The notes beneath the pieces were generated by a model. It was not told the DNA's origin, searched no databases, and was given only the letters and a program-made list of their open reading frames with translations. From the sequence record OM337876.1: a stretch of DNA of 64,000 nucleotides; one strand, given 5' to 3'. Both the position numbers and the translations under genes were made by a program. Of this stretch, positions 6,010-16,539 are shown one piece after another. Position 1 is the stretch's first letter; every line of letters begins with the position of its first letter. Source of the stretch: Klebsiella phage KP182.

Positions 6010-6195
6010 TTAATCTTTGTATGCTTCAGTTGAACCTTTAGCAACAGTCTCAAACCGAGAGTTCAGTATCTCAAAATAGTCCTGATACGTTCCCTGGAGG
6101 GCTTCATAGCATTCTTCTACTGTAGAGTAGACACCTCTGATTTGGTCAGAGCCAGGAGCAGGATAATAATTAGACCAAGTTAAAAGTGCATACAT
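6010..6195 (-). CDS. hypothetical protein
   Basis: 61 aa ORF; TAATG coupling with the upstream small ORF. Confidence 0.35.
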   Translation of the reverse strand: MYALLTWSNYYPAPGSDQIRGVYSTVEECYEALQGTYQDYFEILNSRFETVAKGSTEAYKD

Positions 6196-6374
6196 TACTT
6201 ACGTTTCCAGCTGTAGTGAGCCAAAATAAGAAGCACTGCAACGGCAAGTAGTGATGAATGCAATGCTGCCAGTAGTGCACCTAGTCCTACACCCAAAGTA
6301 ACATAATCATACTTAGTTACTTCTTCACGGTTTAAATCATAGTTTTTGATGAACCACTGCTTAATCTTTTTCAT
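6195..6374 (-). CDS. small hydrophobic (single-TM) protein, 59 aa
   Basis: own translation: MKKIKQWFIKNYDLNREEVTKYDYVTLGVGLGALLAALHSSLLAVAVLLILAHYSWKRK; below the ORF-track length cutoff. Confidence 0.35.
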   Translation of the reverse strand: MKKIKQWFIKNYDLNREEVTKYDYVTLGVGLGALLAALHSSLLAVAVLLILAHYSWKRK

Positions 6375-6540
6375 GCGCTATTTTATCCATTATGAAAGAA
6401 ATGATACCCATTAGAAATGCAACACTTAACACTGATACTGTTTCAGGAAGAGACATAAAGGCTGCACCGATAATGCCAAAACCTAACGCTCCCATGCAGA
6501 TAGTTGATGCAACATTTCTAATTAATTCACAACGTTTCAT
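6361..6540 (-). CDS. small hydrophobic (single-TM) protein, 59 aa
   Basis: own translation: MKRCELIRNVASTICMGALGFGIIGAAFMSLPETVSVLSVAFLMGIISFIMDKIAHEKD; overlaps start of next small ORF. Confidence 0.35.
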   Translation of the reverse strand: MKRCELIRNVASTICMGALGFGIIGAAFMSLPETVSVLSVAFLMGIISFIMDKIAHEKD

Positions 6541-6615
6541 TTTATTCTCCTCAAGTTGATAGGGTTATAGTATCACTACTACAACCCGTTGTAAACAACT
6601 TTGTGAAATAAATTT

Positions 6616-7300
<685 letters not shown>

Positions 7301-7304
<4 letters not shown>

Positions 7305-8038
7305 TTTTGAATTCCTAATATAGTGTTGATTTTTGAATAAAGCTCTTCTAGAGAACCGTCGTTAGTTATTACGATATCGCCTTCGCGAATCGGAAGTCCA
7401 CGCTCTGTGACGTGAGTATCTTTTTTAGAACCTTCTTGCTCAGGACGAACTACATGAATAACTGTAGCACCCATCGCCCTGGCTACATCAAGTTCATGGT
7501 CTTGACGAGTATCTGGTACAATGAAATAATCATAATCACCAAAAGTATCAGCCATAACCAAAGTAAATCGTTTTACCCAATACATGCGATCGAGCTTATC
7601 ACAGACAATGTCAGTCCCAAGGGTCTGCATGAGACGACGAATTGACCATGGCTCAACAGGTTTATTTATTACAACTTTACGGATGACTTCCATCGTATCA
7701 CCGTCAAGTATTTTACGTTTGTTATCATAAACCACGCCAGGTAAAGGCAAATCATGATGAACATATTCAATCGCGTTCGCCATGATACGAATCACGTCTT
7801 TAGTAGACAGATTTAAATCCTGCTCACGATCGTAATCAATGCCCTCAATCATAGACCGAGTGATGCGAGGAAACTCACGAGACGTATCACGATACCACTC
7901 AATAAGCATAGCATCAGCTAGTGCATCTTTAATTGGACCCGCTAACTGATGCTTTGTTGCATTGTAGTTATCCATAATGTAGTCAGCAGTTGTATCTTTG
8001 CCACTGCGTTTTTTACCAATCAAAAATAAAAGCTTCAA
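7301..8038 (-). CDS. 1: deoxynucleoside monophosphate kinase
   Basis: P-loop GKKRSGKDT; 245 aa; position in T4 order. Confidence 0.8.
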
Positions 8039-8042
8039 ATTA

Positions 8043-8645
8043 TTACCTCATAGAAGGATGCATTCCCATGACCTTTTGCTGATACTGAGATTCACGAGTA
8101 TCATTGACAGAAGGTCTACCAGTAATTATTATACCATCTTTTTCAACTTCAATGTATTTGTACTGCAAAGTTGCTACACATACCATTGCTGGGTCGGATT
8201 CTTCGGTTAAAGAATACTCAATTTCAGATAAATCACTCACCCAACCTCCGATGTAGCGGACAGTTAATACTATATCATGTTTATCGTTATCAAGCACATG
8301 CATTAAAACTGCGCCAGGAAATCCTTCACCGCCATTATTCCATCCAGACTTTCCTCGGTCAATGTAATTCTGACAGCTTAACATCCATTTGTACATCTGT
8401 ACCCATGAATCAAGGTTTTCGTCTACTAAAAATCTAACAGGAACAGCGTCAAATTCAAAGGTAGACCCAGGCAATTTAGCACGATGCATGCCTTGTGGAG
8501 AACCCACAGTATCAGTAGCAGGAATATGAACTCCGGGAACTACCGCCGTTTGAAGATTAGCCTTAAAGGCCTGAGTGAGGCCCCCATCGGGGACCTCTAG
8601 TATAAAGTTAGTTGTGTTAGTTTGATTAAACAAGCCAGTAGACAT
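8043..8645 (-). CDS. 3: gp3 tail completion / sheath stabiliser
   Basis: position between genes 1 and 2; start trimmed to ATG overlapping gp2 stop (TAATG). Confidence 0.55.
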   Translation of the reverse strand: MSTGLFNQTNTTNFILEVPDGGLTQAFKANLQTAVVPGVHIPATDTVGSPQGMHRAKLPGSTFEFDAVPVRFLVDENLDSWVQMYKWMLSCQNYIDRGKSGWNNGGEGFPGAVLMHVLDNDKHDIVLTVRYIGGWVSDLSEIEYSLTEESDPAMVCVATLQYKYIEVEKDGIIITGRPSVNDTRESQYQQKVMGMHPSMR

Positions 8646-9484
8646 TATGATTTCCATACAGAAGTAGCAGAGTAGCGTTTGCCTTTCGACATGAACTGCT
8701 GCAGTGGTAACATGACTACATTCGCCCAATCAGCCGGTTTTATCTCAATTAAAGCACCCTTTATATTACCAGGAATATATGCTTTAATCATTTTGTCAGC
8801 GCCAGCAAATCCTTTAACCTGGCTCCAGTTTATCTTTAATCTGGTCTTATTAGATATCACTGGCGTATTAGCATACTGTTTCAGAAGTTCTTCTAAAAAC
8901 TGCTGACGAGCCTTTGGCGGAATGTAGTGAAGGTTTAACCCATACATCAATGTGGTTGTACCTTGCTTTCCAAGACCAAGATAAACTATCAAAGGAAATT
9001 TATCCCAGAATGGAAGAGTGTCTTTGTGCTTAGCGTCATACATGTAAGCATATAGCTTTCCAGGTTGAGGCTTGGTTACAGAATGACCACGTATATTTTT
9101 CTTTATAGTTTCTGCAAACCATTTAGCAGATTTATTGTTTACTGCTGCGCCTTCATTACGAATTTTATCTTTGATAGAGCTTCGAAATGAATTTACCATC
9201 ACAAGAGCACGCTCTTGTTTGGTCATTTTGTTAGCAGGTTTTTTCTCAATTTCTGCTACTTTAATTGCCGTTTTAATTCTTGATGCATGACGAGCCATAG
9301 CTTTACTGAACGTAGCAGGATTTATTCCTTTACTTTCAGCAAATGATTTTGATGTCATGCCTTTTTTACGAGCAGCAGAGTATTCAACTCCTAATGCTAC
9401 CCATTGATTTTCACTACGGGATTTAGCTTTAGGCGATTCTGCAGCTTCAGTGATAAATTCAAATATAGCCATCAGCCTTTCCAT
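8645..9484 (-). CDS. 2: gp2 DNA end-protector protein
   Basis: 279 aa; T4 order 1-3-2-4. Confidence 0.6.
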   Translation of the reverse strand: MERLMAIFEFITEAAESPKAKSRSENQWVALGVEYSAARKKGMTSKSFAESKGINPATFSKAMARHASRIKTAIKVAEIEKKPANKMTKQERALVMVNSFRSSIKDKIRNEGAAVNNKSAKWFAETIKKNIRGHSVTKPQPGKLYAYMYDAKHKDTLPFWDKFPLIVYLGLGKQGTTTLMYGLNLHYIPPKARQQFLEELLKQYANTPVISNKTRLKINWSQVKGFAGADKMIKAYIPGNIKGALIEIKPADWANVVMLPLQQFMSKGKRYSATSVWKS

Positions 9485-9828
9485 CCTAATTTTTTAAGTG
9501 AATCTTCAGTAATTAACCTAAATTCTATACCCATTTTACTGGCAGTAGCTTGAGCTGCTTTCCACTTATCAACGTTTACAGACCATGTGTAAACTTCATC
9601 AATGTACCGTTTCTTTGCTGAAGTTGTTAGCTTTGTGGGTTTAGCTGGTGGCCGGGTTTCTTTCTTCGGCTTAACTTCAAAAAAGAACTGTTGACCATTA
9701 GAAAATTTAGCCCAGAAATCCATGAAATACCGGCGTTTCTTTCCATCAGCATTACTAAAGTATGGAATGACTACCTCCTCCGAATTCCATTGAACTACAT
9801 CAGGATGGTTATCTAACCATCTCATCAT
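9472..9828 (-). CDS. 4: gp4 head completion protein
   Basis: T4 order; overlaps gp2 start. Confidence 0.55.
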   Translation of the reverse strand: MMRWLDNHPDVVQWNSEEVVIPYFSNADGKKRRYFMDFWAKFSNGQQFFFEVKPKKETRPPAKPTKLTTSAKKRYIDEVYTWSVNVDKWKAAQATASKMGIEFRLITEDSLKKLGWKG

Positions 9829-9911
9829 GAAACTGCTCCCAAGTAGATCGGTACGTGATCTTACGAGGGTCCCCCTTATATTTTGCTAAGTTAGTTGGTA
9901 AAAATTTTCCG

Positions 9912-10607
9912 CTATAAGCCATTTTTGTATACCTTGCAATTAGTTCCGTGCCATCTCTTGAAATTTGCTGAATCCACTTCTTTAGAACAATGAGGACACG
10001 TCAATTTTGGTGCATTTTTGCGCTTTTCAGATAATTTGTTTCTGACTGATTGGGTAATTCCTGCCTTTATTTTATCGGCATGACCTGTCCAATCACGATT
10101 TTTCTGTGAAATACTGATATTATGCTTCCATTCATCAGTTATTTCACGTTTAGACAGATTTTCTCTATGTTTAGACGTAAAAATCCGTCCTTTTAAACTT
10201 TTAGATAAGTTTTCTTTATGCTCATCAGTAAATGAAACCCCAAGACGTTTTCCTTTTAAAGAATTTGATATATTTTTCTTGGTTGTATCTGACCGTTTCA
10301 TTCCAGTATGCAATTTAGCAGAAGCTATTACTGCTTTTCTTCTAATCCAACCAAATTGTTTATTCGTTTTATTGCATGAACCCATTAAAATCTTAAGAGC
10401 TAAAGCTAGTTTAATCTCGTCTGGATAAATTTTTACCAGTAGTTGATGCGCAACAAAATGTTCTTCTGCTGTTAAATCAACCAAGTTTTCCATTTCATCC
10501 GTTCCGCCCATGCATCGAGGAACAATGTGATGACGTTCTTTGTATCCAGAAAGAGTTCTTGATTTTCCTCTTTGTATCAAATCATCATAAATTTTCTTAT
10601 AGTTCAT
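9912..10607 (-). CDS. HNH homing endonuclease (Mob-like) with NUMOD3 repeats
   Basis: KERHHIVPRCMGG...ENLVDLTAEEHFVAHQLL HNH core; repeated GKRLGVSFTDEHKENLSKSLKGR motifs; inserted between genes 4 and 53. Confidence 0.8.
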   Translation of the reverse strand: MNYKKIYDDLIQRGKSRTLSGYKERHHIVPRCMGGTDEMENLVDLTAEEHFVAHQLLVKIYPDEIKLALALKILMGSCNKTNKQFGWIRRKAVIASAKLHTGMKRSDTTKKNISNSLKGKRLGVSFTDEHKENLSKSLKGRIFTSKHRENLSKREITDEWKHNISISQKNRDWTGHADKIKAGITQSVRNKLSEKRKNAPKLTCPHCSKEVDSANFKRWHGTNCKVYKNGL

Positions 10608-10674
10608 AGCAGTATCCTCTCAATTATATTTATTGCTATTTTATACTATAAAATCTTTGGAGTAAACAGGTATT

Positions 10675-10682
10675 TATAAATA
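10675..10682 (+). promoter_or_regulatory. T4-type late promoter TATAAATA upstream of gene 53
   Basis: exact TATAAATA 33 nt upstream of ATG. Confidence 0.6.
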
Positions 10683-10714
10683 AATTATATTTAATATTTA
10701 TAAGAGGATAAACT

Positions 10715-11353
10715 ATGCTCTTCTCATTTTTTAGTCCGATAGATTATTCTGCAAAGACCGTAAAAGGTGCTAAGGCAAAAGCTATCCCAACCGCTGATAT
10801 ATTTCGCAACTACCGCAAATATTTTGACACTGTAGCAGAAAACTATCTTTTACAAACATATTACATAAGTGGAGCTCCTAGACCAGAAGAATTAGCACAT
10901 ATTCTTTATGGAAATAGTCAGCTGTACTGGATTCTTTTAATGTGTAATAATGTATATGACCCATTCAGAGATTGGATTAAAACCCAAGATGCATGCTATC
11001 AATTTGCGCAGCAAAAATATGCAGATGTAGGTGGAGACCAAATACTCTATCACGTGGATGCGTATGGCAATCGCTATTACAATCTCGAGCAATATCCTGA
11101 AAATTCAGGTGTTTGGTATGATAAAGGGGACTTTAATCATCAGTATCCTCAATATACTGGTGCTTTGGCTGGTGTTGACATTTATGAAGATTCTATTATA
11201 GAAAATGAAAAACTGCGCCAAATAAACATTATCAATCCTAGTGATATTGAGGCATTTCTTTCTGATATTATACGAGAAATGGAAAAAGCACCTGACAGCG
11301 AATACGAATCAGGCCGATACAAATCCCAGACTACCATCGGAGAAGTTTTATGA
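10715..11353 (+). CDS. 53: gp53 baseplate wedge protein
   Basis: precedes gene 5 with ATGA overlap; size near the ~196 aa I recall for T4 gp53. Confidence 0.65.
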   Translation: MLFSFFSPIDYSAKTVKGAKAKAIPTADIFRNYRKYFDTVAENYLLQTYYISGAPRPEELAHILYGNSQLYWILLMCNNVYDPFRDWIKTQDACYQFAQQKYADVGGDQILYHVDAYGNRYYNLEQYPENSGVWYDKGDFNHQYPQYTGALAGVDIYEDSIIENEKLRQINIINPSDIEAFLSDIIREMEKAPDSEYESGRYKSQTTIGEVL

Positions 11354-13080
11354 TTGAAATGAACGATTCATTAAAATGGTTTACTGGTGTTGTTGAAGAC
11401 AGACAAGACCCGTTAAAGCAAGGAAGAGTGCGAGTACGCGTTTACGGGCTTCATCCGTTTGAAAAGGTGCAAGGAGCTATAACCGGTCTTCCTACCGAAG
11501 ACCTTCCCTGGATGTCAGTGATTCAGCCTACAAACTCAGCTGGAATTTCCGGAGTTGGCTCGTCTATAACTGGAATGGTGGAAGGAACATCTGTATTTGG
11601 ATTATGGCTTGATGAATTCAAAACAGCAGGATTAGTAATAGGAACATATTCTGCGCACAGAAAAACTAAGCCAAACTACACGGAAGGTTTTTCTGACCCC
11701 ACAGGTCAATATCCTAGACAGGTTGGGTCAGATACTAACCCATTAGTTCAAGGCGATGAAACTGGGTATAGTGCTATACCAAACATCATCCAAGATAGAA
11801 ACTTGGATATTGGCATTAATCCTGACGATGCTGACCTAAGCGATATTCCCGAAGACCCAAATCCTGCAATTACAATAACAGATATGCTTAATAGGGATGA
11901 AGGTCTTAGATTGAAAGTCTATTGGGATACGGAAGGATATCCTACTGTAGGTATTGGACACCTTATCATGGCACAAAAAGTACGTGATATGTCTGTCATT
12001 AATAAAACTTTATCTAATCAGGTTGGTCGTACTGTTACAGGAAATCCTGGTATCATTACAATGGACGAAGCTGTCGCGTTATTTAAACAAGACCGCGATA
12101 AAATGCTTTCTGATATTAAAACGAATTCACGTGTAGGACCGGTATATGCTAAAGTCAACAAATCAAGGCAAATGGCTTTAGAAAATATGAGTTTTCAAAT
12201 GGGCGTAGGTGGATTAGCAAAATTTGGTAAAATGCTTGATGCCATGCTCATTGGTGATTGGAAAACAGCCTATACTGAAGCAAGAAACTCTGTTTGGTTT
12301 AATCAGACAAAAGGTCGTGCTTCTCGTGTTTCCATGATTATTCTAACGGGTAATATGGAATCATATGGAGTTCCTGCTCCAAAGCCTGAAGGAAAAACAC
12401 TGTCTGCGGCTTACGTAGAACCGAAGTCTGGTGGTAATCCTGAAGACCCGTGGACTCCAGAAGATTCAAGAATTCTTTTTAAAGAGCCCGAATCTTCATA
12501 TAACGGTCAATATCCATATGTACATACGATGGAAACAGAATCAGGCCATATCCAAGAATTTGATGATACACCTGGCTATGAACGCTATCGTATTGTTCAT
12601 CCAACCGGTTCATATGAAGAAGTTGCTCCTGATGGACGTCGTACCAGAAAAACTGTAGCCGATTTATATGACATGACTCAGGGCGATGGAAATATTTTAA
12701 TCTCTGGGGATAAGAAGGTTAACGTTGGAGGGAACGAGACCTATTATAACATGTATAATCGTCGACAGCAAATTGATGGCGATAACACGCTTTATGTACG
12801 TGGAAATGAAACTAAAACGATTGAAGGTGATGGTACTATTTTTGTCAAGGGTAACATTAAGATAGTCGTTGAAGGAAATGCTGATATACAAGTCAATGGT
12901 GATGCCACTACTAAAGTAGATGGCAACCACGACGTGACCGTCGGTGGTAATTTAACTTGGCAAGTAGCAGGTACTGTGAATTGGAATGTTGGTGGGGCTT
13001 GGACTGAAACAATGGCTTCTATGAGCTCAATCGCCCAAGGTCAATACACTGTTGATGGTTCACGAATTGATGTAGGTTAA
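11350..13080 (+). CDS. 5: gp5 baseplate hub / tail lysozyme / cell-puncturing spike
   Basis: central T4-lysozyme-like domain (NRDEGLRLKVYWDTEGYPTVGIGHL); C-terminal VxGxxxxx beta-helix octapeptide repeats; 576 aa. Confidence 0.9.
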   Translation: MIEMNDSLKWFTGVVEDRQDPLKQGRVRVRVYGLHPFEKVQGAITGLPTEDLPWMSVIQPTNSAGISGVGSSITGMVEGTSVFGLWLDEFKTAGLVIGTYSAHRKTKPNYTEGFSDPTGQYPRQVGSDTNPLVQGDETGYSAIPNIIQDRNLDIGINPDDADLSDIPEDPNPAITITDMLNRDEGLRLKVYWDTEGYPTVGIGHLIMAQKVRDMSVINKTLSNQVGRTVTGNPGIITMDEAVALFKQDRDKMLSDIKTNSRVGPVYAKVNKSRQMALENMSFQMGVGGLAKFGKMLDAMLIGDWKTAYTEARNSVWFNQTKGRASRVSMIILTGNMESYGVPAPKPEGKTLSAAYVEPKSGGNPEDPWTPEDSRILFKEPESSYNGQYPYVHTMETESGHIQEFDDTPGYERYRIVHPTGSYEEVAPDGRRTRKTVADLYDMTQGDGNILISGDKKVNVGGNETYYNMYNRRQQIDGDNTLYVRGNETKTIEGDGTIFVKGNIKIVVEGNADIQVNGDATTKVDGNHDVTVGGNLTWQVAGTVNWNVGGAWTETMASMSSIAQGQYTVDGSRIDVG

Positions 13081-13082
13081 TC

Positions 13083-13586
13083 ATGGCTGATATACTTCCT
13101 ATTAATACAACGTTACGTGAAGTAATAGAAGGTGAATATGTTGAGCAGTACTTTACTGCTCAATTATCTACTAACGAAACATTAAAATCAATAAATATTA
13201 TCGACTATCAACCAGTATCTGATATCTCTGTGTCTGAAACTCATTATAAAGGTAATTATAACTCGGTTTTTACTTTTGGAAACGATGTGCTTAAATACCG
13301 TGAAGGTGATGAGCTAAAGTCCGCTTCAGCGTGGGAGGATTTACCTAATCCCAAAACTGCTGATTTGTATCTATGGAAAGCCCCCAGAACACTAGAGAAG
13401 ACATTTACCTATACAGTTGAGATAATATATACAGTGACAGAAGAATCGTCTGGAGGTTCATCCGGAGGTTCTAGCGCTCCAATCATAACAGAACATAAAA
13501 AGCAAAAGATTTACTCTCAAACCGTTAAAGGCAACTGGAGTAGATGGGGCGACCAACTTCGTGCTTATGTATATGCGGGGAACTAA
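13083..13586 (+). CDS. gp5.1-like protein
   Basis: position between 5 and 5.4. Confidence 0.35.
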   Translation: MADILPINTTLREVIEGEYVEQYFTAQLSTNETLKSINIIDYQPVSDISVSETHYKGNYNSVFTFGNDVLKYREGDELKSASAWEDLPNPKTADLYLWKAPRTLEKTFTYTVEIIYTVTEESSGGSSGGSSAPIITEHKKQKIYSQTVKGNWSRWGDQLRAYVYAGN

Positions 13587-13880
13587 ATGGCTGGACTATC
13601 ATTTAATAAATGCTTAACTGCCGGGCATAGTGCGTATCCTCCGACAGAAGTAAATGCTACACAAAGTAAAGTATTCACTGGTGGAATAGCGGTATTAGTT
13701 GATGGCGACTCAATTACCCCACACACCAAGACGGTTGACCCTCATGATACGCATGGAGGAGTTGTTCAACCTCGCACATCCAAGGTATTTGTAACAGGCA
13801 AAAAAGCTGTTCAAATGGCCGATCCAATTTCTTGTGGCGACACTGTCGCGCAATCAAGCTCAAAGGTATTCATACACTAA
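13587..13880 (+). CDS. 5.4: gp5.4 PAAR-repeat spike-tip protein
   Basis: 97 aa; PAAR-like His/Cys pattern; position before gene 6. Confidence 0.65.
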   Translation: MAGLSFNKCLTAGHSAYPPTEVNATQSKVFTGGIAVLVDGDSITPHTKTVDPHDTHGGVVQPRTSKVFVTGKKAVQMADPISCGDTVAQSSSKVFIH

Positions 13881-15838
13881 TGGCTATTAAAGAACCTTTA
13901 AATTATCAGTTAACGCGTACTGCAAACGCTATCCCAGACGCATTTACTGGAGCAACATTCGATGAAATTAAAAATCAGCTTATTAACTGGCTTAGCGGAC
14001 AAAAAGAGTTTCAGGACTTTGATTTTGCTGGTTCGCGTTTAAACGTGCTATTAGACTTATTAGCATATAACACTCTTTACATACAGCAATTTAGTAATAC
14101 TGCTTTATACGAAAGCTTTATTGGAACAGCTAACTTGAGAAGTTCCGTTGTTCAAGCAGCTCAGCAAAACGGGTATTTGCCAAGTTCCAAATCAGCGGCT
14201 ACTGCGTCTATTATGCTTGAGGTAACTCACATGAACCCGAGCAGCACGCTGAGAGTTGTAATTCCACGAGGAACTAAATTTTTAGCATACTCAAAATCCG
14301 ATAAAGCCAACCCATATAACTTCGTTGTTACTGAAAACGTTGTGGCTATTCGTGATAATGACCAAAAATATTGGCCTATTGTCAATTTGGCACAGGGACG
14401 TATTATTCGTACTCAGTTGTCATATGACCCGAAGAAACCTATTGTTATTCGCGACCAATCAATTGACCGCAAGCAGGTTAAGCTGTGGGTGGATGGCGCT
14501 GAATGGACTAACTGGACAGACCGATCAATGGTTCATGCTTCGTCTATTTCAACGATTTATTATATGCGTGAAACCGTCGATGGAAATACAGAATTCTTCT
14601 TTGGTGAAGGTGTGGCAGAAGCATCTGTGGCAGGAGGAGTTCTTGAAAGCAACTTCATTGGTGGATTAAAACCCACTAAAGGCGCGCAAGTCGTTATTGA
14701 ATATATTCGTACTGACGGTGAAGCTGCTAACGGCGCGACTGAATTTAGTTATGCGGATACTCTGCAATATATCGTAGTAAATAGAATCATTGAAAACTGG
14801 TCAGATTCTCCTGATTATGTTGGCGCTGATGGCGGTGGTGAACCTGAAGACATCGAGCGTATTCGTGAGCTCGCCCAGATTAAGCGCGAATCTCAAATGC
14901 GTTGCGTGTCTAAAACTGACTATGAATCATTCGTTAGTTCACGCTTTGGTTCTATCGTACAAGCAGTACAATGCTTTACTGATCAGGACAAACCCGGATA
15001 TGCATTTATCGCAATTAAACCAAAATCTGGGTTGCAGTTAACTGCGGTTCAACGAGAAGACATTCAGGATTATCTAAAACCTTTCTGTCTTGCTCCGATT
15101 ACTCCTTCGGTAATGAGCCCAGATTACTTATTCATTCGTCATAATATTAAAGCTTCTTATGCATTGAATAAGTTGCAAGAATCAGAGCAGTGGTTACAGT
15201 CAAAAATTATAGACTCGATTAATAGATATTACGTTGATGAAGTTGAAATGTTCAACAAAAATTTCAGTAAATCTAAGTTGTTGACTTACATTGATGACAC
15301 TGACCACTCAATCATCGGTTCTTCTGTGGATATTCAGATGGTTCGTGAAATTGTCAACTATTTCACTCTTCCTAGCGCAGGTATTAAATACTATAATACT
15401 ATTACTCCGCGGACGTTACGTTCTGGTGATTTGGTCTTTACTGTTACCCCAACTGCTGAACCGTATTCAGTTAATATCGTTGGAACTGACCCAGATAAAA
15501 ATGGCAAAGGAAATATGGTTATTGGACCATTTAAGCCAGGTGACATTAAAGAGAATACTCATATCCAGCCATATACTGAAAACGATTTTGATAGAACTAC
15601 CGTCGGCGAAAGAACTCGCTGGTATAAAATCGGTGAAGTAGATTATTACGGCGATAACATTTACTGGAGCCTTGGAGCTATTGGAGCCGATCCTCTTCAG
15701 TTTGAAGACCAAAGTATTGAGCTTTATTCTACTCCTACTCAGGATATCGTCTTCGCCCGCGATGGAACACTTATCGTATTTGAGAATGACCTTCGTCCTC
15801 AATACACAACTATTAAATTGGAGCCTATTACAGCTTAA
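13880..15838 (+). CDS. 6: gp6 baseplate wedge protein
   Basis: 652 aa; start at ATG overlapping 5.4 stop (TAATG). Confidence 0.8.
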   Translation: MAIKEPLNYQLTRTANAIPDAFTGATFDEIKNQLINWLSGQKEFQDFDFAGSRLNVLLDLLAYNTLYIQQFSNTALYESFIGTANLRSSVVQAAQQNGYLPSSKSAATASIMLEVTHMNPSSTLRVVIPRGTKFLAYSKSDKANPYNFVVTENVVAIRDNDQKYWPIVNLAQGRIIRTQLSYDPKKPIVIRDQSIDRKQVKLWVDGAEWTNWTDRSMVHASSISTIYYMRETVDGNTEFFFGEGVAEASVAGGVLESNFIGGLKPTKGAQVVIEYIRTDGEAANGATEFSYADTLQYIVVNRIIENWSDSPDYVGADGGGEPEDIERIRELAQIKRESQMRCVSKTDYESFVSSRFGSIVQAVQCFTDQDKPGYAFIAIKPKSGLQLTAVQREDIQDYLKPFCLAPITPSVMSPDYLFIRHNIKASYALNKLQESEQWLQSKIIDSINRYYVDEVEMFNKNFSKSKLLTYIDDTDHSIIGSSVDIQMVREIVNYFTLPSAGIKYYNTITPRTLRSGDLVFTVTPTAEPYSVNIVGTDPDKNGKGNMVIGPFKPGDIKENTHIQPYTENDFDRTTVGERTRWYKIGEVDYYGDNIYWSLGAIGADPLQFEDQSIELYSTPTQDIVFARDGTLIVFENDLRPQYTTIKLEPITA

Positions 15839-16539
15839 TGAAGTATAATGAAATTTATGATAGTTTAATTAAAAGAGGCCTCGAAAGAGGCCTTAATAAA
15901 AAGAAGCTTGATTATCATACAGAAAAACACCACATTATTCCTAAGTGTATGGGAGGAGTTAATAATAATTCTAACTATGTATTGCTAACTCCCAGAGAAC
16001 ATTTTGTAGCTCATCAATTGTTAGTAAAAATATATAAAGATACTAAGTATTTCTATAAGTTAGTTAGAGCTCTCAACGCGATGTCAATGTTTAATGATAA
16101 ATATTCTAGACCCAACGCTAAAGAATATGAATGGGTACGAACTTTATGTTATAATGCTAATAAATTGACTAATGCAGGAAGAAAGCATAAACCTGAAACT
16201 CTGCGTCTGTTCTCGGAGCAACGTACAGGTGCTAATAACCCAATGTATGGAAGAAAGGGCGAATTGTCTCCATCATTTGGTAAAAAGAGGAGTAAAGAAT
16301 CTAATGATAAGATATGGTTAAATCGAAACAGAAATATTAGTCAGAAAGCAAAATATAATATTTCAAAGGGGAAACGAACATCTCCTATATGGAAAGAACC
16401 TATGTATAATGAATTGTTCAATTTATACGTAAGTAATCCGGTAGGAGGATGCGCGTTTAGAACTAAAGCCATGTCTTTAGGATATCCTAATACTTCATAT
16501 CACAGACTAGTACAAGAATTTAAGGAAATTACTCAATGA
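15838..16539 (+). CDS. HNH homing endonuclease (Mob-like)
   Basis: HTEKHHIIPKCMGG...NYVLLTPREHFVAHQLLVKIY; inserted between 6 and 7 with TAATG and ATGA overlaps. Confidence 0.8.
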   Translation: MKYNEIYDSLIKRGLERGLNKKKLDYHTEKHHIIPKCMGGVNNNSNYVLLTPREHFVAHQLLVKIYKDTKYFYKLVRALNAMSMFNDKYSRPNAKEYEWVRTLCYNANKLTNAGRKHKPETLRLFSEQRTGANNPMYGRKGELSPSFGKKRSKESNDKIWLNRNRNISQKAKYNISKGKRTSPIWKEPMYNELFNLYVSNPVGGCAFRTKAMSLGYPNTSYHRLVQEFKEITQ

